A DNA stretch of 64,000 nt. It comes from an uncultured Christensenella sp. Its GTDB lineage: Bacteria > Bacillota > Clostridia > Christensenellales > Borkfalkiaceae. The DNA lies in assembly GCA_910579705.1 (NCBI GenBank), contig CAJTUI010000013.1, forward strand, positions 506-64,505. Reading direction: 5' to 3'. The position numbers were made by a program, and so were the translations under genes. The notes under the pieces were generated by a model. That model saw nothing but the letters and a program-made list of their open reading frames with translations. It made no database searches and was not told the DNA's origin. Below, piece after piece: positions 25,238 to 33,608 of this stretch (position 1 is its first letter; the number at the start of each line of letters is the position of its first letter).

Positions 25238-26461
25238 TTACCCCTCAAAAATATCGTTATAATTTTGTTCTGTGCCTGCAATCTGTTTTGAATTTTTTAT
25301 TGCCGACACAATGCAGAATACCGCAGTACGTATTATCAACACGCCGCCGAATATTACGGGAATCAGCGAATATAACATCCGTGCGCTGACTGCCCACCCC
25401 AATGCGAAAATCATCATAGCCGTTACAAATGCAGAAACCCACACAAACGAATATATAATTTTCAAACATCCGCCGTAAGTTTTTTCCCAACCGTTTTTTA
25501 CCGCCTTGCCTATTCCCCACATAACCAGCGCAGATATAAGCGGAATCAAAATAATTGCAGGCAGTAAAGACGTTGTGCTTAAAAAATACGAATTGAAAGT
25601 ATATCCCGCCGTATCGTAATATACGTCCTTTATTAAACCGTGCATATCTGTTATCAAACTGTCTTTACAGGTTTTGAAATAACCGCCGAAAACTATCGGA
25701 ATATTTCCGTCTGTTTTAAACGAACCCGCTGTCATATCATCGAATATATAAAGGTAATACGCTTTTCCGCCCGCAATATAGTTTTTATAGTAGTAGTCGC
25801 GCAGTACGGGAGCTTTTGCGCCGTACATTATCGAATTTGCCGAAGTATAGTAATACTTAACATACAGATAATAAAGTTTCTCGTTATAGTCTCCCGCCGA
25901 CTTATCGAGCTCCTCATACTGCTTTTTTAAATTCTCATCGGCGCTTAAAAATGCTTCGTATCTTTCTGTCGCATCTTCGGTAAATTCAAGGTGGCTGTCC
26001 GTATAGCGCGTTTCGACTTTATACTCTTTTTTTTGAGCGTCGCTTAATTCCCTATACTCTTCATAACTTATTTCACTCTCGCCTTTTATCGCAACCTGCG
26101 TAAAATTAATAAGCATATCGCTTGGTCTTGTATCGACTATAAGTTTGTAGCCGTTAAGCCCGTAACCCTCATCCGAAATGTAGCCGTTGACTTTTTCATC
26201 GCAAACGGCTTTACCGTTCGACACCTTTATTTCAAGTCTATCCGAAAAGGCGTTTTCTATAAATCGTTTATACCCCGTTGCATTTTCATAATGTGCGGAA
26301 AAGGGAACTACGTCCGCCGCATAATATCCGCACATAAAAAACACAAACGCAAGAACTATATTCAGCACAACGGCAATAAACCCAAACTGCGGAGCGCAAG
26401 ACGCTTGTTTATCGGAGAAATAACTTAATCCGAAAAATTTAAGCCACTCTTTAATTCTCAT
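25238..26461 (-). CDS. Membrane protein of unknown function: TM1, ~245-aa Tyr-rich extracytoplasmic domain, then 3 C-terminal TMs
   Basis: 407 aa. Hydrophobic stretches at roughly aa 25-47, 293-318, 332-357 and 362-388. Its start overlaps the ATPase stop by 11 nt (ATGAGAATTAA). Confidence 0.7.
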   Translation of the reverse strand: MRIKEWLKFFGLSYFSDKQASCAPQFGFIAVVLNIVLAFVFFMCGYYAADVVPFSAHYENATGYKRFIENAFSDRLEIKVSNGKAVCDEKVNGYISDEGYGLNGYKLIVDTRPSDMLINFTQVAIKGESEISYEEYRELSDAQKKEYKVETRYTDSHLEFTEDATERYEAFLSADENLKKQYEELDKSAGDYNEKLYYLYVKYYYTSANSIMYGAKAPVLRDYYYKNYIAGGKAYYLYIFDDMTAGSFKTDGNIPIVFGGYFKTCKDSLITDMHGLIKDVYYDTAGYTFNSYFLSTTSLLPAIILIPLISALVMWGIGKAVKNGWEKTYGGCLKIIYSFVWVSAFVTAMMIFALGWAVSARMLYSLIPVIFGGVLIIRTAVFCIVSAIKNSKQIAGTEQNYNDIFEG

Positions 26462-28157
26462 TTTGATTGCCGAACCCTCTCGTCATAATGCAAAGCTCGG
26501 TTTGCCTGTCAAACAAGTGAATTCGCTTTTCGTCAAATAAAATTTTCAGTTTATCACCCGGTTGACAGTCGTTGCGGTCATTTATACAAACGACGCTATC
26601 CGCACCGTCAGAAGTAAGTTTTACAAACATTTGCGTAGTATTTCCGAGTATTTCTTTAATAGACAGTTCTGCCGTAATACCCTTTTCGTCTACTCTTATA
26701 TTTTCACCGCGTATACCGAGCACAGCTTCGTGTTCCGCTCCATCGAGATATTCAGGCGTTATGTCGCGCATTTCCGAAAGTTTATAATCCTGCGTCTCGC
26801 CGTTTACAAATTTAACGTGCAATTTATTCCCGGCTCTTTTTATTGTTACGTCAAAAAAATTCATTTGCGGAGTACCTATAAACCCTGCGACAAATTTATT
26901 TACAGGATAATCGAAAAGATTTGTCGGGCTGTCGGTCTGCTGAATTATTCCTCCCTTCATAACAACTATTCTCGTACCCATCGTCATTGCTTCCACTTGG
27001 TCGTGAGTTACGTAAATGAACGTGGTTTTAAGTGAGTTATGAAGTTTTACGATTTCCGAACGCATCGAAGTTCTGAGCTTTGCGTCAAGGTTTGAAAGTG
27101 GTTCGTCCAAAAGCATTACCTTCGGTTCGCGCACAATAGCGCGCCCTAATGCAATACGCTGCCTTTGTCCGCCGGACATTGCTTTGGGCTTTATATCCAA
27201 AAGCTCTGTAACACCCAAAACTTCCGCCGCCCACTTAACTTTCTTTTCGATTTCTTCCTTCGGTATATGCTTATAAACGTACGCCTGTACGGGAGTAGTT
27301 TTGTAATATTCCAAATCACGTTCTAGCTTTTTCTTTCTTTCCGCAAGAGCGAGCTTTATCTCGCTTTCGGTCACTTCGGAAAGGTTAACCCCTGCCGTTT
27401 CGGCAAGCTCCGCCGCAAGTTTTTCTACTTCAGCTGCGTCTTTCCCCGCATATCTCAATCTGATAACCTTTATTGCGGCTTTTTGCGCGGCAAGAACTTT
27501 ATTAACTTTGTCAGAAATATCTTTCTCCGTTTCGGCATATTTTGCTTTAACCTTTTTCAGCTCTTCGCCCTGCTTATTTGCCGTTTCGTTCGCCATTTGT
27601 GAAAGCATAAGCAAATATTCGTCTTTTATAACAAGCAGTTTGCGTTTAAAAACCGCTTCGGTATCGCTTTCTTCGGCATAACGCAAATCTGCGATTACCG
27701 TATTTAAACCGCGTTTAACTTCGCTTATCTTTTTTTTATTGATAGCTTTGACAAGATTGCCGTTTTCGTCCGTTTTTTCTACGGGTATTTTTCGCATTCT
27801 TAAACCGAACGCGATATTTTCGCCCGCCGTCATGTGAGGATAAAGTGCATAATTCTGGAAAACCATTGCGATATCCCTGTCCTTAGGCTCGACATCATTG
27901 ACAAATCTGTCGCCTATGTACAGGTCGCCCGCCGTTATATCCTCTAACCCCGCTATCATTCGTAAAGTCGTTGACTTACCGCAACCCGACGGTCCGACGA
28001 ACACGATAAACTCACCGTCTTCGATTTCCATATTGAAATCTTTAACGGCGAGAAAATCTCCGTTACGTCTTTTGTCCGTATTATTCTTCTTGCGCTTCTT
28101 TTGCTTTTCTTTACTTTGATACAGTTTGTAAACGTGTCTTAAAGTTAACCCTGCCAT
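26451..28157 (-). CDS. MalK/MsmX-type ABC ATPase with a ~175-aa coiled-coil insertion in the helical subdomain and a ~20-aa basic N-terminal insertion
   Basis: 568 aa. Walker A GPSGCGKST, Q-loop MVFQNYALYPHM, signature MSGGQRQR, Walker B LLDEPLSNLDA, H-loop YVTHD, C-terminal MalK-type regulatory domain. Insertion at roughly aa 125-298, between GLRMRKIP and KEEIEKKV. Confidence 0.85.
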   Translation of the reverse strand: MAGLTLRHVYKLYQSKEKQKKRKKNNTDKRRNGDFLAVKDFNMEIEDGEFIVFVGPSGCGKSTTLRMIAGLEDITAGDLYIGDRFVNDVEPKDRDIAMVFQNYALYPHMTAGENIAFGLRMRKIPVEKTDENGNLVKAINKKKISEVKRGLNTVIADLRYAEESDTEAVFKRKLLVIKDEYLLMLSQMANETANKQGEELKKVKAKYAETEKDISDKVNKVLAAQKAAIKVIRLRYAGKDAAEVEKLAAELAETAGVNLSEVTESEIKLALAERKKKLERDLEYYKTTPVQAYVYKHIPKEEIEKKVKWAAEVLGVTELLDIKPKAMSGGQRQRIALGRAIVREPKVMLLDEPLSNLDAKLRTSMRSEIVKLHNSLKTTFIYVTHDQVEAMTMGTRIVVMKGGIIQQTDSPTNLFDYPVNKFVAGFIGTPQMNFFDVTIKRAGNKLHVKFVNGETQDYKLSEMRDITPEYLDGAEHEAVLGIRGENIRVDEKGITAELSIKEILGNTTQMFVKLTSDGADSVVCINDRNDCQPGDKLKILFDEKRIHLFDRQTELCIMTRGFGNQNEN

Positions 28158-28179
28158 TTAGTTTCCGCCTTATATTTTT

Positions 28180-29070
28180 TTATCTGAAAAACAATCCTTT
28201 GGCTTTTAACCACTCAAAGGGGTCGTCTTCTTCGTTTTTCGTTTTAATTTTGTATTCGCTCGGCGTCATTCCCTTTTTCTCTTTAAACACCCGCGAAAAA
28301 TATTTTATATCGGTATATCCAACCCATTGCGCAGCGGCGGCAACGTCGAAGTTATAAGTTTGCATCTGGTCGCACGCAACGGAAATTCTATAAGAATTGA
28401 TATAGTCGATAGGCGACATATTCAAATATTCCGAAAACAATCTTTCAATTGCGCTTGAAGATATGCCGCATACTTCACATACTTTTTTTGCGCCCATCGT
28501 CGGCAAAGCGTAATTGTTATTTATATAAATAAGAATTTCCCGTAACGTTTTCTTTTTATAGAGGTCTTTAATATCCGTATATTTTCCATACTCTTGCTCT
28601 ATCAGCTTGCTTATAATAAGCATAAAATAAGCGGTACAGCGCATTTGTTGATATTCGCTTGAATCGTATGACAGATACATCTTTTTCATTAGCTCGACAT
28701 ATTCTGAAAAATCGCTATCGATATGTTTTTTAATATTTTCTTTTGTAAAACCGCAAACCGACATCAATCCGTCGATTTCGTTGCCGTCGAAATCAATCCA
28801 GATATATGACCACGGGTCGTGCTTATCGGGCTTATAACAATATCTCTCGCCTTTATATAATAAGAAAACTTCATTCCGTCTTATCGTATATTCTTTTCCC
28901 GCTTCATCAACAACGTATCCTTGCCCATAAAGAACAAATAAAATCGTATATCTTGAATTTTTATAATCTTCGACTTTTTTACGCGGGTCGCAGTATTCCT
29001 GTCCTATTTTTAAAATATCAATCGTAAGATTCGTATCATCAATAAGCGTTGTCTTTAAAGAAAAATTCAT
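28180..29070 (-). CDS. AraC family transcriptional regulator (cupin sensor + HTH)
   Basis: 296 aa. C-terminal AraC HTH ...YINSYRISVACDQM...GYTDIKYFSRVFKEKKGMTPSEY. Confidence 0.85.
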   Translation of the reverse strand: MNFSLKTTLIDDTNLTIDILKIGQEYCDPRKKVEDYKNSRYTILFVLYGQGYVVDEAGKEYTIRRNEVFLLYKGERYCYKPDKHDPWSYIWIDFDGNEIDGLMSVCGFTKENIKKHIDSDFSEYVELMKKMYLSYDSSEYQQMRCTAYFMLIISKLIEQEYGKYTDIKDLYKKKTLREILIYINNNYALPTMGAKKVCEVCGISSSAIERLFSEYLNMSPIDYINSYRISVACDQMQTYNFDVAAAAQWVGYTDIKYFSRVFKEKKGMTPSEYKIKTKNEEDDPFEWLKAKGLFFR

Positions 29071-29223
29071 AAATCATAACTACCCTTATGTATAGAAGTT
29101 GATTTTGTCAACAACTTTCAAATTTTGAGCCTGTTGCACAAGATATTATTATTTAAATTTAATAATATGGCAATACTTGCATCTGTTTTTGGGGAAAAAG
29201 TCCACCTCAAATTAGTATGCAGT

Positions 29224-29266
29224 AAAAAAAATTTAAAAAACGCCGTTCCTCTCACGAAGAACGACG
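29224..29266 (-). terminator. Intrinsic terminator (hairpin + U-run) downstream of ligD and of the candidate RNA
   Basis: Minus sense: cgtcgttc-ttcgtgagag-gaacggcg followed by ttttttaaatttttttt. Confidence 0.65.
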
Positions 29267-29403
29267 CTGCAGAATATACCGTTCATCGCCGATTCGCCAA
29301 AATAAAATTACATTTCACCAAAGGGATTTGTAAACAACGATTGGGTATAGTTCCACCTAAACTATGCCCCATGATGAATAATAATATGCAATTTTATTTT
29401 GGC
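29267..29403 (-). ncRNA. Candidate structured small RNA or leader (~180 nt including terminator)
   Basis: Lies between a consensus-like promoter and the terminator. Perfect 14-bp long-range pairing of 29390-29403 (gccaaaataaaatt in RNA sense) with 29296-29309. Internal hairpin ggggcatagtt-taggtgg-aactataccc. No convincing ORF or SD. Confidence 0.35.
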
Positions 29404-29409
29404 TCTTTC

Positions 29410-29438
29410 ATTTTAGCAAAAATCTGTAGATTTGTCAA
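29410..29438 (-). promoter_or_regulatory. SigA-type promoter TTGACA-17-TAAAAT
   Basis: Minus sense ttgacaaatctacagatttttgctaaaat; -35 at 29433-29438, -10 at 29410-29415. Confidence 0.5.
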
Positions 29439-29453
29439 TATTTAAAAGAAATT

Positions 29454-30371
29454 TTACTTATCATCCCTTAACCCTTTCCATATAGGTTGGCGCATTCCCC
29501 CGCTCTCGGTTTCGTGCATAAAATGAGCAGTTCCAACGAGCTGCGGTTTTAGCCACACGACGTTTTTATATTTATCGAACCACTGTTTTTTGACCGTGTT
29601 CTTTTTTGCAAATTCGGCAATGATTCTCTGCTCTGCTTTGGATACACCGAGATAGACTTTGCCTCTGCATTTAAGCTTGCCCTTATTGTCATAGTAACCG
29701 AGAATTAAATCTTTAACCTTTCCGTCCTCGTCTGGCTGATACCCTAAAACAAGCAAGTCCTCGTCCTGCATAACTTTTATCTTTATCCAATCGTGTGTGC
29801 GCTTGCCTATGTGGTATAGTCCGTCCTTCTTTTTGGCTACGATGCCCTCCAAATTCTCCTCCTTCGCAAGCTCGAAAAAAGCCACTCCCGTTGTTGATAC
29901 ATAGCGGGATATGCTTAAATTAAAGCCCTCTTTTACATTTTCGGAAAGTATTTTTTTACGTTCCATTAAAGGCATATCCGTAAGGTCTTTGCCGTCGCAA
30001 TATAAAATATCATAGGCGGCGAACTGTACGGGATTTTTCTTTGCCGCAAGCGATATTCTGAAACTATCCGTCATAAGGCTACGCCGTTGCAGAGCAAAAA
30101 AATCGGGCTTGCCGTTTGTCAGAACGACAAGCTCTCCGTCAAGTATTACACGCTTTTTTACGCACTTGCAAATATCCGAAAGTTCTGGATAAATTGGGGT
30201 CAATTCCTTAAACCGCTTATTTTGCAGAGATACCGATTTAGGCTCTATATAAGCCACGCAACGTATTCCGTCCAACTTCAATTCGTATATATAGTCCTCG
30301 TCATCAAATGGCTCTTTGACCTCGTGCAATAGCATAGGCGAGATATTTTTTTCTTCAAATAAATCGCTCAC
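29454..30371 (-). CDS. ligD: ATP-dependent DNA ligase, LigD ligase domain only (NHEJ)
   Basis: 305 aa. Adenylation motif ELKLDGIRCVAY. 4-nt overlap with ku. Confidence 0.85.
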   Translation of the reverse strand: MSDLFEEKNISPMLLHEVKEPFDDEDYIYELKLDGIRCVAYIEPKSVSLQNKRFKELTPIYPELSDICKCVKKRVILDGELVVLTNGKPDFFALQRRSLMTDSFRISLAAKKNPVQFAAYDILYCDGKDLTDMPLMERKKILSENVKEGFNLSISRYVSTTGVAFFELAKEENLEGIVAKKKDGLYHIGKRTHDWIKIKVMQDEDLLVLGYQPDEDGKVKDLILGYYDNKGKLKCRGKVYLGVSKAEQRIIAEFAKKNTVKKQWFDKYKNVVWLKPQLVGTAHFMHETESGGMRQPIWKGLRDDK

Positions 30372-31183
30372 GCCTCTTTCTTCCTCGACGTCGTTTTCTT
30401 CGGTGTAGCCTTTTTAGCTTTGGGCTTCTGCGCAAGCTCAAGCGATTTTGTAAGCGCTTCCATAAGGTTCGAAACGCTTGCCGTTCCGTTCTCTTTGGGT
30501 GCTACAATTTGCTTGCCGGCAATCTTTCTCTCTATCGCTTCCTGCACCTTTTGGCGGTATTCGTCCTTATATTCGGACGGAACGAACTTTCCACTCATTC
30601 CCTCTATAATTGCCTTTGCCATTTTAAGTTCGGTGGCGCTCGGCTTTTCGGTTATTTCCTTTGCAGGATTTTTGGTTACTTCCTCTTCAAAGAATAGCGT
30701 GTTCAAAAGCATCTGCCCGTCTTTCGCCCTTATTAAAATAAGCGTTTCTTTATTGCCTAATACTGTTTTTGCAACCGCTGCTTTACCCTCTTCCTCCATA
30801 GCTTTTAAAAGCACAACAAATGCTTTTTCCGCACCTGTTGGAACAACGTAATACGGCGTTTCAAAATACAGAGGGTCAACCTCAGACAGTTCCACAAACT
30901 TCTCAATTGTTATATTCTTGTCTTTCTTGGATTTCAGCTTTTCAAAGTCCTTATCTTCAAAGATAACGTACTTCCCGTCCTCGTACTCAAAGCCCTTTAC
31001 TATATCTTCCTGACAGACTTCTCTACCGCCGCAATCGGCGCAGGTCTTTTTATACTGCACTCGGCTGTTGGTCTTTTTGTCTATCATATTAAAACCGATA
31101 TCGTTGTTTTTGATGCTCTTATGCAGGGTTACGGGAATATAAACAAATCCGAAACTTATACTGCCTTTATAACTGTATGCCAT
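30368..31183 (-). CDS. ku: Ku DNA end-binding protein (NHEJ)
   Basis: 271 aa. N-terminus MAYSYKGSISFGFVYIPVTLH and Lys-rich C-terminal tail. Confidence 0.9.
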   Translation of the reverse strand: MAYSYKGSISFGFVYIPVTLHKSIKNNDIGFNMIDKKTNSRVQYKKTCADCGGREVCQEDIVKGFEYEDGKYVIFEDKDFEKLKSKKDKNITIEKFVELSEVDPLYFETPYYVVPTGAEKAFVVLLKAMEEEGKAAVAKTVLGNKETLILIRAKDGQMLLNTLFFEEEVTKNPAKEITEKPSATELKMAKAIIEGMSGKFVPSEYKDEYRQKVQEAIERKIAGKQIVAPKENGTASVSNLMEALTKSLELAQKPKAKKATPKKTTSRKKEA

Positions 31184-31197
31184 AATGACAGTATGTG

Positions 31198-31234
31198 CAA
31201 AAAAAAGTAAAAATAGGCGGAATTGTCCGCCTAT
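31198..31234 (-). terminator. Intrinsic terminator after rubredoxin
   Basis: ataggcgg-aattgt-ccgcctat hairpin (31213-31234), followed in minus sense by a T-run. Confidence 0.65.
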
Positions 31235-31256
31235 TAATTCTGTTCGTACCTTTTGA

Positions 31257-31415
31257 TTATTCGGATTTATAAAATTGTTCTTTACCTACTAAGCAAAGAG
31301 GACACTCAAAATCCGCAGGAACATTCTCCCATTTTGTACCCGGTGCAATTCCGCCTTCGGGATAACCCTGAGCTTCATCATATTCCCAAGCGCAAACTTC
31401 ACAAATGTATTTCAT
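31257..31415 (-). CDS. Rubredoxin (52 aa; below the ORF-track size cutoff)
   Basis: Manual translation MKYICEVCAWEYDEAQGYPEGGIAPGTKWENVPADFECPLCLVGKEQFYKSE with two CxxC pairs. SD AAGGAGA 7 nt upstream. Confidence 0.9.
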   Translation of the reverse strand: MKYICEVCAWEYDEAQGYPEGGIAPGTKWENVPADFECPLCLVGKEQFYKSE

Positions 31416-31431
31416 TTATTTCTCCTTTTAT

Positions 31432-31731
31432 TTAACTTTCTTTATAGTCTGCAATACCGCCGATGTCGGTAACGTTCGAATATCCCATTTGCCGCAACTT
31501 TTTCGCCGCTCTTGCGCTTCTTGTTCCGCTATGACAGTAAACGTATAAAGGCGTTGAATAGTTTTCAACTTCAAAAATTATTTTTTCAAGTGATTGTATA
31601 GGGATATTTAAACTGCCGTTGATATGCTTAGCATTGTATTCTTCCTGAGTTCGCACATCCAAAAGCACAGCTCTTTTATTATTTCTGAAAGACTTTAACC
31701 CTTCATTAATATCATACTTTAAATGTGTCAT
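31432..31731 (-). CDS. Rhodanese-like sulfurtransferase domain protein
   Basis: 99 aa. Active-site loop YCHSGTRSARA. Confidence 0.85.
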   Translation of the reverse strand: MTHLKYDINEGLKSFRNNKRAVLLDVRTQEEYNAKHINGSLNIPIQSLEKIIFEVENYSTPLYVYCHSGTRSARAAKKLRQMGYSNVTDIGGIADYKES

Positions 31732-31766
31732 ACAATAATATTCTGCAAAAAGAGCAAACTTAATGT

Positions 31767-32321
31767 ATGTGCGGAAGATTTCATTTTGGCGGTAACGATA
31801 AAGACATACAGAAAATTTTAGAAGGACTGCCTGAAAGCGAGAAAAACGTTCAGATTAAATTCGGCGATATTTACCCAACTTACTACCTGCCCGTTATAAC
31901 ACAAGATAAGCATCCGATACTTTCAAAATGGGGATTTGTACGGTTTGACGGTAAAGGCGTGCTTATTAACGCCCGTGCGGAAACGGTTACAGACAAACAG
32001 ACCTTCCGCAAGAGTTTTTTGGAACGCAGATGTTTAATTCCGGCAAGCGGCTTCTACGAATGGGATACTCAAAAGAATAAGTACTACTTTGAACGTTCGG
32101 ACGGAAAAGTATTATATCTTGGTGGTTTCTTCCGCAATGAGGACGGCGAAAGCAAGTTTATTATTCTTACAAAACAGTCCACCCCGCCCGTAGAAAGATA
32201 CCACCACCGCATACCCGTTATTGTGGGCGACGATATAAAAGACTATTATTTGAACGATACAAATTTTGCCCGTCAATTCATATTAACGGACAATCAAATA
32301 AAACTAAAAGCGCACTCGTAA
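31767..32321 (+). CDS. SOS-response-associated peptidase (SRAP/YedK family), abasic-site crosslinking protein
   Basis: 184 aa. N-terminal MCGRF (catalytic Cys2), INARAET, HHRIPV. Confidence 0.85.
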   Translation: MCGRFHFGGNDKDIQKILEGLPESEKNVQIKFGDIYPTYYLPVITQDKHPILSKWGFVRFDGKGVLINARAETVTDKQTFRKSFLERRCLIPASGFYEWDTQKNKYYFERSDGKVLYLGGFFRNEDGESKFIILTKQSTPPVERYHHRIPVIVGDDIKDYYLNDTNFARQFILTDNQIKLKAHS

Positions 32322-32329
32322 AGTGTGCT

Positions 32330-33580
32330 TTACTTATTGTTTTTGAAAAAGCTGTACGGGTGAATTGTGTGTTCCCCTTTTATATCCAAATCTTTGAGCT
32401 TCGGGTCATTGTAAACTATAGCCGCTTGGATTATATTGTTTCCGTACTTCGCCCGTAGCTTGTCTATTGCATTATCCAACCGCTTTTGCTTTTCGTCCTT
32501 TTCCAAATCCCCAAACAAATCAAGCTGTTCGTTTCCGAATAAAAAGTCCGAAACAGATATTCCCAAGCTGCGCACAGGCTTTTCCCACGGAAATACTTCC
32601 TTAAACAATTTAAACGCAGTTTTTGCCACATCATGCACGGTGCCGGAAGGTCGGGGCAATTTCCCTTGTTTCTGATAGCCCACCAAATTATTTGCCCTTG
32701 CATAGACGTGAACAGTGCGGGCTTTATTAAGACCCGCCTCTCTCATTCTTGCGCATACACTGTCCGCAAGCAGATAAATTACAGGCTCTACGTCATTGTC
32801 GTCCACCAAATCTCTATAAACGGTTAAGCTGTTGCCTATGGATTTAATTGATTCCTCTTCGCCTATTTTTGTTACAGGCGATTCGTCCTTGCCGTTTGCA
32901 AACGTATGAAGATAACTTCCCCACTTACCGAGCAGATTTACAAGCGTCTGCTCATCGGCTTGGGCAAGGTCGCCTATTGTTTTTATGCCTATACGGTTGA
33001 GCTTCTGTTGCGTAGCTCTGCCGACGTACAACAAATCTTCCACGGGTAAAGTCCAGACTTTTGTTTTATAGTTTTCGGGGGTAATTTCTGTCACTGCGTC
33101 CGGCTTTTTCATATCCGAGCCGAGCTTTGCAAATATCTTGTTCCAGCTTACCCCTATACTTACGGTTAGCCCTATTTCTTTTTTTATCCGCTCTCTTATT
33201 ATTTCGGCTATCTCTCTGCCGTTGCCGAACAGCTTTAAACTTGAACTCACATCCAGCCAACATTCGTCTATGCCGTAGGCTTCTATTCTGTCCGCATAAT
33301 CCTCGTAAATTTTCCGCACTTCTCTCGACACGTTGATATAGGTAGAAAAGTCCGCCTGCACTTCCACAAGTGTATCACCGCATTTCTGCTTTGCTTCCCA
33401 ATATACGTCGCCCGTCTTAACACCTAAGCCTTTGGCGAGCATATTTTTGGCGAGAACTATCCCGTGCCTGTCCTCCTTACTGCCTACCACGACTACGGGT
33501 TTATCCATTATTTCGGGATTTCTTAAACACTCGACAGAGGCGTAAAAATTATTCAAATCGCTGTGCAGGATTGTTCGCAT
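32330..33580 (-). CDS. dinB: Y-family DNA polymerase IV
   Basis: ILHSDLNNFYASVECL..., YGIDECWLDV. I prefer Met20 of the track ORF (MRTILHSD) as the start. Confidence 0.85.
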   Translation of the reverse strand: MRTILHSDLNNFYASVECLRNPEIMDKPVVVVGSKEDRHGIVLAKNMLAKGLGVKTGDVYWEAKQKCGDTLVEVQADFSTYINVSREVRKIYEDYADRIEAYGIDECWLDVSSSLKLFGNGREIAEIIRERIKKEIGLTVSIGVSWNKIFAKLGSDMKKPDAVTEITPENYKTKVWTLPVEDLLYVGRATQQKLNRIGIKTIGDLAQADEQTLVNLLGKWGSYLHTFANGKDESPVTKIGEEESIKSIGNSLTVYRDLVDDNDVEPVIYLLADSVCARMREAGLNKARTVHVYARANNLVGYQKQGKLPRPSGTVHDVAKTAFKLFKEVFPWEKPVRSLGISVSDFLFGNEQLDLFGDLEKDEKQKRLDNAIDKLRAKYGNNIIQAAIVYNDPKLKDLDIKGEHTIHPYSFFKNNK

Positions 33581-33608
33581 AAAATTATTATGCGCAAAAA
33601 AATAAGGC

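Noticed and set aside
29125-29445. A 106-aa plus-strand ORF between the AraC gene and ligD.
   Set aside because: It lies in AT-rich intergenic DNA, has a TTG start without an SD, and runs antisense through a promoter, a hairpin and a terminator that are organised on the minus strand.
31253-31435. A 60-aa plus-strand ORF in the track.
   Set aside because: The opposite strand encodes a textbook rubredoxin with an SD and a terminator. The plus-strand ORF is its shadow.
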